Positions 25,746 to 37,464 of a stretch of DNA of 64,000 nt are shown here, piece by piece (position 1 is the first letter of the stretch; every line of letters begins with the position of its first letter). The DNA lies in the NCBI RefSeq assembly GCF_006345805.1, contig NC_042998.1, positions 135,718,001-135,782,000 of the forward strand, read 5' to 3'. The position numbers and the translations under genes are program-made. The stretch comes from Octopus sinensis. Its lineage: Eukaryota. The notes beneath the pieces were generated by a model. The model did not search any database. It was not told the DNA's origin and saw nothing but the letters and a program-made list of their open reading frames with translations.

Positions 25746-26130
25746 AATAAACTCAAAATACTCCTTTCTATTATAGGCACAAGGCCCGAAATTTGCAGGG
25801 AGGGGGAAGTCGATCACATTGACCCCAGTGTATAACTGGTACTTATTTAATCAACCCCAAAAGGATGAAAGGCAAAAGTCAACCTGGGTGGGATTCGACT
25901 CAGAATGTAGTGGCAGATGAAATACCACTAAGCATTTCGCCTGGAATGCTAACGATTTTGCCAGCTCGCCGCCTTCAATAAACTCAAAAATAATACAAAT
26001 AAAACCTGAAGTGAATATCAAAGAAATAGTGCATGCATTTAATTGACAAAAAAAAAGATCATCCCCAAGTATAACAATATACATATTGTGCTAACAGTTG
26101 AACCAGTTCATCATCTTAATAATAATAATA

Positions 26131-26161
<31 letters not shown>

Positions 26162-26165
26162 TATA

Positions 26166-26546
26166 ATTGATAGAAATTGGTAAAATGTGGAACCTCAAGA
26201 CTAAAACAATACCTGTTGTCATAGGTACCCTCCTAGGAATGATAGCAAAAAGGGCTGATTCCTACCTAGCTCAGATACCAGGAAACCCTAAATGGCAGAA
26301 ATTCAAAAGATAGAGTTCATGGGAACTGCCCATATCCTACGTAAAGTACTATGTAATCTCAAATTTTAAAACAAACTCATAATTTTCTTATGTCTCCTTA
26401 AACATTCTCTCGAACAATACTATGTGCAAAACCAAGTATATGACACCCTAGGCATAACACCAACATGAACTTCTAACTTGTTGTCTCTTGAGATCTCTGG
26501 CTGAGACTTGGAGTCAACTTGTACAAATACAAAACAAAAGTCAAAC

Positions 26547-26548
<2 letters not shown>
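26166..26548 (+). mobile_element. Dong/R4-like LINE 3' end with 3' UTR, embedded in (AAT)n
   Basis: EIGKMWNLKTKTIPVVIG..LGMI..MGTAHILRKVL. The UTR motif tctctggctgagac is shared with the 16.5-kb copy. (AAT)n on both flanks. Confidence 0.82.
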
Positions 26549-26588
<40 letters not shown>

Positions 26589-26610
26589 TGATGATGATGA
26601 TGATGATGAT

Positions 26611-27149
26611 GCCCTGATGCAGTACCAGACAGTGGCTATCATGGCTCCTGATCTTAACTGATTGGAAGTGTTATCATGTACATTGTTTTGTCTTGGTATA
26701 AAAGATGGGCTACAGCAAATATTCTGCTCAATACCACAGTTGTTTGACATTAACCAGTTGACCATGTCCCTTAGTGGCTGACGATATGTGCATCTCTGAT
26801 CACGAGCAGAAGTACTGGGGGAGCATCATAGCCGTGTGTTGAGAGGAATTCTTAGAGGTTTGGATAATTCACCTTTGGAAACATGGGTGGTTCGTTCAAC
26901 ATCCTTAAACAATCCTTATTCAGGGACCTTTTGAGTGGGATGGGCTACTAGACCAGAAGAAAATTCTAACTGGGTCCCACCTGCAAGGTCATGCGCTGTT
27001 AATCTTGATATGAGATCACCTTGTCGCGCACATATGGTTGTGATGCATGTGCCTGGTGTACCCTTATCAGACGGGTAGTCATGATGGGTATACTGGGCTT
27101 CGTATATTTTACCCCAGTGTCACTTATGGCATGCACTGTTCTCTCACTC
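26611..27149 (+). mobile_element. ~540-bp non-coding interspersed element with (AAT)n tail
   Basis: Two copies in the window. Preceded by (AAT)n(GAT)n and followed by (AAT)n. No credible ORF and no tRNA A/B boxes. Confidence 0.8.
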
Positions 27150-27300
27150 AATAATGATAATAATAATAATAATAATAATAAGAAGAGAAGAAGAAGAAGA
27201 AGAAGATAAGAAAAGAAGAAGAAGAAGAGAGAAGAAGAAGCAGAAGAAAGAAGAAGAAGAAGAAGAAGAAGAAGAAGAAAAAGAAGAAGAAGAAGAGAAG

Positions 27301-27334
<34 letters not shown>

Positions 27335-27395
27335 AAGAAGAAGAGAGAGAAGAAGAACAGAAGAGAAGAGAAGAGAAGAAGAAGAAGAAGAAGGT
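27150..27395. repeat. Compound (AAT)n-(AAG)n microsatellite
   Basis: Directly visible. Confidence 0.95.
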
Positions 27396-29619
27396 AGTGA
27401 AGATGAAGTGGAGCAGGAGAAGGAAGAAAATTGATGGTTTTCCAAGTTTCTGTGTATGCCAGAAGATGGAGAATCATCTGGTACACACTAAAATTCATCT
27501 AGTCCATTCCAGCATGGCATCCTGACCCCTCTCTCATCACTCAACAAAAAAAAAATAAAACAAATAATATAAAATGGTGATAATAATGATGATAGCACCA
27601 AAATTAAGTGAAAGTTGATTAATGCAACAATACATCATGTTGTTCACTTAACATGTTAACAGCCACATGTACCACCAGTGGCTCATCACAAACTTCGCAC
27701 AACAGCCATATGCACCACTGGTGTTGTACATCTTCATAATTTTAGAAAATATTCTATTCTGCATCTTTGACATGGTTTCAAGGATATTTAAATAACGCAA
27801 ACTGGTTTCAAATTTTGGCACAAGGTTAGAAATTTCAGAAAAGAAGTAGGTCAATTACAATGACTCCCAGGGCTCAACTGATACTTATTTTATCAACCCC
27901 GAAAGGATGAAAGGTTAAGTTGATCTTGGCAGAATTTGAACTCAGAATGCAAAGACAGACAAAATGCTGCTAAGCATTTTGCTCAGTGTGTTAATGATCC
28001 TGCTAGCTTACTGCCTTGTGGGTGCTAAATATCAATTTCAAAATTTGGCACAAGGCCAGCACATTCAGGGTAGAGGGAAGCTGATTACATTAACCCCAGT
28101 GCTTATCTGGTACTTATTTTATTGAGCCTGAAAGCATAGAAGGCAAAGTCTACCTCAGTGGAATTTGAACACAGAACGTAAAGACGGATGAAATTCCACT
28201 AAGCATTTTGCTTGGCTTGCTAATGATTCTGCCAGCTTGCCACCTTATATGCTAAATATTAAAGTTTAAATAGTGTAAATATTCAAAATAATCACACTTC
28301 TTTGTAATTAAACAGTATGTAGTGTGATCGGAAATATGTAGCATCACTGGTAAATTCCAGTAACAGGCTGTGACAGTTTGTGTGTTAAAGTCTTTCCTTG
28401 GTCGACATCAATTGACTCAAGATCAATTAATCACAATATGGCAATAGTTGAAACAGGTGTGGTAGGTGACATTGTGTTCACGAAATCATATGTAATCATT
28501 GTGAAATGTTTTGTGGTTAAGATTCCTGTTTTAAAATGTGCTTATCTTTGAGAAGAGATTGAACAAAGATTTTTAGTTAGGTATGTTGTATTATTCTACA
28601 CAAGATGAGAGTAAGATGACCATCCCTGACACTGCCATCATCATCATCATCATCACCACCACCACTGCAACCACTACCATGATCATCATAATCACTATTT
28701 GAAGGTCTCCTTTTTCTGAGCAAACTTCAGTTTATTGTAATCAAACAACAATGGTGATAGTGACCATCACTACCACTACCACTGTGGTAATGATGACTGC
28801 CGCCACTGTCACCACTACCATGACCATTATAATCATCATTTTAACGTTTGTTTGTTTTTTAATACTGACATAAATAGGATAAGTCTGTCATACATCAAAT
28901 CTCTACCCACCTTGATTTTTTATCATCTGTTGTCCCACCCTTTGAGGCTTAGTATCCAGGACTCTGATCTTACCCTTTCTTTAGTAAGATGTTGGAATTG
29001 TGAAATATTTGTTGTTATAGGCATAGTCATAGCTGTGTAGTAAGAAGTTTGCTTCCCAACCACATGGTTTCAGGTTCAATCCTACTGTGTGGCATCTTAG
29101 GCAAGTGTCTTCTACAATAGTCTTGGGCTGACCAAAGCCTGGTGAATGGATTTAGTAGGCGGAAACTGGAAGAAGCCTATCATGTGTATATAAATGTGTA
29201 TGTGTGTTTGTGTGCATGTTTTTTTGTGTATGTGTCTGTCAGTCACCACTGCCTGACTACTGGTGTTGGTGTGTTTATGTCCCTGTAACGTTAGCAGTTC
29301 AGCAAAAGATACCTGTAGAATGAGTACCAGAATTTACAAAAGACAATAAGTTCTGAGGTCGATGAGTTCAACTAAAGGTTCCTCAAAGTAGTGCCCCAGC
29401 ATGGCTATAGTCAATGATTAAAATAAATAAAAGATAAAAGACATAAAGATTCCAGTTGAGTAAGGAATTGTATATTTGGGATAGTTTAGAATGTGGAAAA
29501 TGATTTTTGCAAAGATTAGAATAAGGAAGCCTTTTGAAACGTTGGTGAGATCATGATGGAGAGAGTTGGCTGCTATTTGTAGCATGTCAGATGACCACAT
29601 ACAGTCTCTATCTATCTAA

Positions 29620-29657
<38 letters not shown>

Positions 29658-30185
29658 CTTTCATTCATTGGCCTGTGAGTAGATTATTTGCCTTTGTGGT
29701 TGGATTAGGTACCAAACTTCATATATTCCACATTTCTGATATCAGAGTACATTAGAATAAAAGAAAAGAAAAATTTTGCCAGGCAAATAACCCTCCCTTC
29801 ACCCCTTAATCTGTTGATGCATTGAAACAAACTGAAAATTGTGAATAGTTTGGTGGTTTACTCACTTAAAACTGAATTCCTTTGTATAAAAATAGAAGTA
29901 TTATAGGAAGTGACAGATTGCTATACTATTATTGAAAACATCTATCAAAGCTTAAAATAATCTTGATAAACTCTTGCTGGGTCACCAGTGATAATGGATT
30001 TTGGTACAGTGCTAATGTTCAGGGTATATATTTGGAGAGATTTCTGAACTGTTTCTATTCTTCACTTAGGTTTCATACAATTCTGAAGACATAAGAGGAG
30101 CTAATATTTCAAGGACCAATTGGAATTCCTGATGAAAGGCATACACAAACAACACATTTAGAGTTAAAATAGATCAACAACTTAC

Positions 30186-32495
30186 CTCTACAATAAGATC
30201 TCCATCTTCAATAGATAACAATTCTAGTGGAGGGGGTGATATACAGTCAGATTTAATCCTTATAGCAGTCATGCTTACTTCACACATGCTAGATAAACTT
30301 GCACTACAGCCCCGTACTGGCCGGAAGGCACTTCCAGGACCACCAAGTTTAGCATATTTCCCCTGGGGTACACTCGGCTGCCCTCCACTACTACAGGGAC
30401 TAGATTTCCCAAAGCTAGTTGATGTAGGTAAATGTATGGTTTTTCTTTCAAGAGAAATAAACTTTGATATACAAAGATTGTAAACATCCACTTGAGTAGG
30501 ATAAAGGTTATACATTTGTATCAACTGATAAAGACTAGCATTTGGCACAGAATCAGGAGTTGGGGTTACTGGAGACTTGCTTCCAGACTGAGTGGGACTT
30601 GATATAGAATTGATACTATTAGTAGTAGTAATGTTAGTTTTCCTAGGACTCATAGTTTGTGAAAAAGACTTTGAAGTCTCTAGAATTATGTGTGGATTAT
30701 CTAACTTTCTGGAAGACCTAGAGTAAAGTGTTTGACTTGATAGGCTTTTTGGTTCCCATTTGCTGCCATTATATAAAGAAGCTGACTTTGCAGATAAAAG
30801 AGTTGAATATTCTTGCTCATGCTTCGATTTCAGAGAATGTTGGTAGAGGTAGCTTTTACTTGTTGAAAGTGTGTTTGCTTTCAAGCAATCAACTGAGCCA
30901 TATTCTTTAGTTTTCACTAGCCTTTTGTCAAATTCTGGTTTGTAGTAGCCAGGTGCTTTGAGTTTACTTGAAGAATGAGATGGCTCAATTTCTGTGTCAA
31001 TAGTACTATAGCCAGAATCTACAGTGCTGCTGTGAGAACGAGCATTTATCTGGCTTGTAAGATTACTGTCAGAGTTCTCAACACAGACCACAGGCACAAC
31101 TTGTTTCCATTCAACTGGAGGTTGGCTCTGATGAAGATTAGTTTCAACTGAAAGATCTTGTAAACTTCGGAACTTCCAAACATCTGCAGCACTTTCAATA
31201 GGTTTAAATTTTAGTTTATCTGAGCAGTTATCATCAGTATCAATGTCATTTAGAGAGAGGAGAGAAGAGACTTCATAGTCTAAAGGTGTATCAGCATGCT
31301 GGCTATTGTTTGAACTTCCAGCACTACACAATAAAATTCGCTGCTTCATCAATTCTGTGAACTTACGGCGTTTTTCATCTATACTTTGACTGGGAACACG
31401 TGGTAAACTCCTTCTAGGTTTAAGTTTGTTAATAGAATCAGTACTTCCATATTTTCGATGTTGATCAAGAACATTACTTTTAGAAAATGTATGGATTTGA
31501 GTCACTGGTTTTGGTGGGTCATTGTAAAGATTGTGACTTTCTTGTTGTGGGACAGAATTGGCTTTCGAAATTTTATTGATTTGTCTAGATAGGGATGCAT
31601 TCTGTGGGTGGAAAACTTTTGTACTTCTATAACGTTGTTGACCATCTGATACAGTTTTCTGTAGAGGTGCTTCATGTTTTTGTATATGTACCTGAGGACT
31701 TTGTTGTTTTAAGTGTGATGTCGAGGAGTGTGGATGCTGATTGTCATGAATCATATATGATACGGGTCGGCTGGAATATTGTAATGATGACTTAGATAGA
31801 TTGCGATGCAAAGTATCAGATGATTGTGTTTTTTTACAACTATTTAGTGTGTCTAAACTATGAGACTGAGAATCTTGAAGTGATTTAGTTTTATCAAGTC
31901 GATGGGAATAGAGGCCACTTGCTGTCTTTTGTGCCGTTAATCGAGAAGTGGTCCTACTTAAAGTGCTTGTTAAAGTTCGGCTGGAAGATGCAGAGGAAAG
32001 CCTTGTGGAAGCAGGCTCATGAGATTTCTGTGAACTGTTGGGTAATGATAGCCTGGGCTCACTTGTCAGATCCCCAAGACTCTGGGAGCGATTTGCATAA
32101 TCGATATTTTGTGAAAGATTATGCTGACTTTTGGTAAGTCTTTTAGTTGTTGAAACTGGTGATCTGGTTACCTTCCGACTTGTATGTTGTGAGAGCTGGC
32201 GTTGTATCCCAGTTGTAGTAGAACGTGGTGGAACCGAAGAATCAGAAAGGTAACGACAAGTTCGTCGGTGGACATTGTTGTTAATCTCTGTTCGCTGTCG
32301 AGTACTGTTCTGTTGATGTCTTGGAGGCTGGCGCTCATCACAAGAGAAGGAACGAGGTAAAGTATGAGTCTTTTTAGATAAAGGGGATTGAATCACTGAA
32401 TTTTCCTTCCCACATTCTGATAATTGATCAGTTGATTCAACATTTTGATCATCCTCTTGTTCAGATAACGAATCAGCATCAGATTTCTTCCTTGT
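30186..32495 (-). CDS. Large internal exon (770 codons): S/T/Q-rich disordered region plus N-terminal half of an atypical PDZ domain
   Basis: Acceptor tttttctttattttattttag at 32496-7. Frame extends the 740-aa track ORF by 33 codons upstream (TRKKSDADSL...). Donor GAG|gtaagt at 30185-4. Ends ...LLSIEDGDLIVE. Confidence 0.92.
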
Positions 32496-32676
32496 CTAAA
32501 ATAAAATAAAGAAAAATTAATTAAATTAATATGAAATAGAGATGACTAGAAGATGAACAGAAAGGAGAAAAAATTAAGGATAGAATTTTAATTAATAAAA
32601 TTGATTTAGTATAAATTTCAGAAAATAAAAATGTTAGGAAATAAGAAATGGTAAAAATTTAAAACTGGAATTTTAC

Positions 32677-32781
32677 TTTTGGTTTCTTTGGCTTTTTATC
32701 ATTTTGAAATATTCCATCTAATTGTTGGCGAAAATTTTTGTCTCCAGACTTCAGACCAAGCCATTTTTTGGTGTTCATCAT
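32677..32781 (-). CDS. First identifiable coding exon of the PDZ/coiled-coil gene (MMNTKKWLGLKSGDKNFRQQLDGIFQNDKKPKKPK)
   Basis: Acceptor tttaattattttcttgcag, 105 nt (35 codons) open frame starting ATG ATG, donor AAA|gtaaaa. Phase 0, in frame with the next exon across a 181-nt intron. Confidence 0.75.
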
Positions 32782-34689
32782 CTGCAAGAAAATAATTAAA
32801 GATATGAAAAAAATATTAAATATTATTCTCAGATGAGTCACGCAATCAATTTCTTTATTTAAAACAACAATATAGTCTGGGAACTTTCATCTTGAATGAA
32901 TACAATATGTTGAATGCCACAAATTGTAAAGAAAATTATTAATGTACTTGTTACTCATATAGAATCATTGAATTTGCCATAAAATGTTATAAACATCCAT
33001 GTAATTTTGACATCACTAGACAATAAGGAGACACTTGGTTGATTGGCAGCAAAATTCTTATGCATGAAACTCTTGTGAGTTACTTGGTGACCCCATTAGT
33101 GTTGATTCCATAAAAAAAATGCATCCGGTACACTCTATAAAGTTGTTGGCAATAAGAAGGGTATCCAGCCATAGAAACCATGACAAAACAGTCACTGGAG
33201 ACCAACACAGCCCTCAAGCTAGTCAAATCCAATTGAACTGTCCAACCCATGCCAGCATGGAATAATGGATATCAAATGATGTTGATGATGAAATATTTCT
33301 TCTTTATTGGGAAAGTATGAAAATATCAAAATATATCTTCAACTAATTGTTTTTATTTTATTTGTTGCTGTTGCTTAAACCCAGGTCATCTCTGATAGAA
33401 CATGCCAATCAATGATGAGACATCCCAGGTATGGCCATCCCATCTTTTTCTAAGGCATACTTTAGACAGGGTTGCATTATACAATGTATCCATTTTTTTT
33501 TAAAGATGATAAGGAAAAATTTCTTTTACACAGTTTATTCATAAGTCATGTTGGGGCACGAGCTTGAAGGCTTTTAGATGGACAAATTGACATCAGTACT
33601 TATATATCTATATATATATTTTTAGGTTAGGTACTTATTCTATTGGTCTCTTTTGCAGAACCACTAAGTTACAGGGATGTAAACAAACCAACACTGGTTG
33701 TCAAGCAGTGAAAACAAACACAGGCACAAAGGTACACACACACAATAGCATTCCAGTTTCCATCTACCATATTCACTCACAAATCATTGGTTGGCTAGGG
33801 ATGTAGTAGAAACCAGTTTTGCAAAGTGCTGTGCAGTGAGACTGATCCTGAAACCACATGGTTGCAAAACGAGCCCATTGTATATATATATATATATACA
33901 CATATATATAGTAATATATATAGTAATATGTAAAGGAAAATCCAAGGATCAAGGTGTAGGAAGTTAGTGATCTTCAAGTAAGCCATAGCATATATAAAAA
34001 AAAAACAACTTTCAGGAACAATAGTGGTTTATTGGTGTAGAGGGTTGTGAATTTTTCCGGTATTGAAGACGAAAGGCTGAAAAAAGTTAATTTTATAGTT
34101 CACAGTTAGCAACATGAGTTGTTGTATAGGGAAATAAACATCCAAAATTTAGGGAATGGAGTAGATAAAATCCAGGCTACATATGTTTCATAGCTGGCAG
34201 AACCTCAGAGGTAGTAAATTATCCAAACGAGGAGTATATCACAAGCTACTCTTCAGGCCAAGGATATCTTGATTATAGGAAGGTTATATTGTCGTAAAGG
34301 GATCCTGTGAAAACTCATTGGGGATTCACTGGATTTTATCAACTCCATTCCCTAAATTATGGATATATATATATTCAAGTCGGGTACTTATTCTATCTGT
34401 CTCTTTTGTCGAACTGCTAAGTGGCAAGAACATAAATAAACTAGCACCAGTAGTCAAGGAGTGGTGAGAAACAAACAAGCATAAAACACAGGCATACAAA
34501 CACACACACACACATTGACTACTGGTTCTAGTTTATGTTCTTGTAATTTAGTAGTTTGGCAAAAGAGACAGAATAAGTACTTAACTTAAAAAATTGGGGT
34601 CAGTTTGCTTCAACAAAACCCTTCAAGGTGGTGCCCCAGCATAGCTACAGTCCAGCAACTGAAAGAAGATAAAAAATATCGAGGTGATA

Positions 34690-35135
34690 ACAAGTGTCCA
34701 AGACCTCTGGCTATTTGTTGTGCTTAAGAAGACACATCAAGCTAAGTGAAATTGTTGTCATGGCAAGTGCCTACAACATGTAAAATTCACCTGTGCTGGC
34801 GACACATAGAAGGCACTTGTGCCAGTGATACATAAAAAAAGCACCTCTGCTGGTGACACATAAAAAAGCACCTGTGCTAGTAATACATAAGAAGACACCC
34901 ATGCTGGTGACACATAAAAAGGCATCTGTGCTAGTGAGATGTAAAAGCACCTATGCTGGTGATGCATAAAAGGCACCTCTGTGGAGTGGTTGGCATTAAG
35001 AAGGGCATCTAGCCATAGAAACCAAGCTAAAAGAGTCCGGAGCCTGGTGCAGCTCTCTAGCTTACCAGCTCCAGTCAAACCATCTTACCCATGCTAGCAT
35101 GGAAAACAGACACTAAATGATGATGATGATGATGA
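34690..35135 (+). mobile_element. (GAT)n-tailed retroposon family D with internal 7x~27-bp array; relatives at 33050-33290, 50455-51150 (minus), 59170-59400
   Basis: Shared GTGGTTGGCATTA.GAAGGGCATC.AGCC.TAGAAACC...CCATGC.AGCATGGAAA..GAC.CTAAATGATGATGAT end. Confidence 0.8.
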
Positions 35136-37464
35136 TAGGTCCAACTAATGATATTGTAAATATCTGGTTTCTTTATTTTTAAATCTAATTTCTATGTGAC
35201 AACAAGGACAGAATGACTTTTGCTAGAGCAATTGATTTTACGGTTGGATAACATTACAGCCATTAACCACTGGAGTGTGAAGTGGGAAATGTAGCCTGAT
35301 ATGTTGGTAAGGTAAACCAGAATGATGAGCATTGTGTGTTTTACCTAGAGATTATTGTTGTTTAGCTCCAGGTCAATATTGATACAGAAAACCTTTGACT
35401 GAATGTTCCATAATTTTAATGTTCAATTTTCCATGTTCAAATGGGTTGGATGGGTTTAGGAAGTGGTTTTACTTGGTTATGGGTCGACTTTCACTACATA
35501 TATACGTACGTACATACGTACCAACCTACCTACCTACCTACCTACCTACCTACATACATACATACATATAAACACACGCACACATATATATAATATATAT
35601 ATATATATATATGATAGTAATCTCTTGAAGTCAGAGAAAAATGGTTCTGCAATTTCTTGCTGAACACTCTACACAAATGATTTGTTTATAATGATCAAAT
35701 GTTTCTGCTGTACATTTGCTCACTCCCTCCACCAAATCGATGTTACCTGAACAGGTACATGGTGTATCACATGTCAGTTGTTGTAGTGATTGCAGCTTAA
35801 CAGGAGATGAAGTGTTTTGCTCAAGAGCATAATGTACTACGCAGTGCAGACACTGAAACCATGATCGTGTGATTATGAGCACAACACCCTAACCACTAGG
35901 CCATACACCCTCACAGTATATATATATATACACATATACATACAATGGGCTTCCACACAGTTTCCATTTACCAAGTACCACCCAAAAGTTATCAAGTCAT
36001 TGGTCAATTTCAGATTATAGCAGAAGACACTTGGTCAAGGTACCATTTAATGGGATCAAACCAGAAACTTTATGGTTGCAAAACAAACTTCATAACCATA
36101 CAGCCACACTTGCATAAAGAACAATATTTATTGACGACTTAGAAGTGTTTTATCAAAATTGGTTTAATGAATCAGTTGAATAATACGCTGGACTTTTATG
36201 CCTTTATGTCATGAGTTCACATTGCACAAAAATCACTGAATTATGACTTGGCCAAATACTTAAGTTTTCAAGTGTGTTGACATATTTTCAGCCAGGTTAT
36301 TGTTAAGTGGAATCATTCAAAAGATGTCCCAGTATGAAACCCTGTCTTTGTGTCTGACACCATTTAATCCTACTCTTCCTCTCTCCTTCTCCACTTTTTC
36401 TCTCTGATATGTACTTCAGAGAAGATGACACCTATGTATCACACATCCTAGAAATGTTAAGTAACTTATTCCATTAGAAATTAATTATCGTTCTATCAAA
36501 AACTTGTAAAGTAATGAGTCAACTATAAATAAAACTTACAACTTAAAAATCTCCTTATCCTTAAGCTAAGACTTTTGTTATCCTAATCAACCACCAACTA
36601 CAGATCTACATACATGATATCAGTCTCCAACTGGTCTTCATTTCCAAATATATTACATCTCCTAAGAGCTTTTCAAACTTGAAACTAACAAAATACAAAA
36701 AAAGAAACCGAGAGAGAGGACACTGCTAGAAACTGACTCTCCATCAGTTATAACAATGAGTGCTCCAGTTGATGAGGATTAACAGAATGGCTTGCTCATG
36801 AAATTTCTCATTTCAAAGTGACATAAGTTTTAATGCTTTATCAAGATTTCATGTTAATGTATAATCTCTCACACCAGCTCAATAAGTATAGCTGCTTCAC
36901 CAAATTCTTAAATTCTTCATTATTTTCAAAATTAGTGTATTTCAACAGAAATATAGTAGCAAAAAGGTTAAGGAGAATTAAAAATGATATCATTTTTAAA
37001 ATAGGAACCTATGTGATTAGAAGTAACAGCAAACAGGTGTGGAAGGAAGGGTGTCCATGTCAGAGACACAATCATACTTCAGGTCAAGTGAGTCTGAAGC
37101 TCTGATTAATCCCCATAGTAACAAAAATTATTAACTGATATCTGTTTAGTTTTGCTGATCCAATGTAAGATTAGTTCCTATACCAACACCAATCCAGATC
37201 AAACATATGACTTTTCTCTGAAGTCTAAATAAGAGAATTTAACAGAATACTAAACACTCACTTTCTACGATTTACTTTGAAAAGAAAATAGTTACATTAC
37301 TAATCAGAAAGAGGATAAATTTATGTTAGAAATAAATTAATATCACAGTAAATAGAAGTGCTAGTTCACATGCAGGAGCCAGTCTAGACTATATTTTGCT
37401 GAAAATAATTAATCCTTCACACATAAACATATTATGATTATAAACATAGATGGACTATATCTCC

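Noticed and set aside
26999-27498. Poly-Leu/Phe/Ser ORFs (also 51436-51835, 15521-15800, 47869-48154)
   Set aside because: Trinucleotide microsatellite translations.
30271-32137. Short plus-strand ORFs overlapping the large exon
   Set aside because: Antisense shadows of the 770-codon exon with no independent support.
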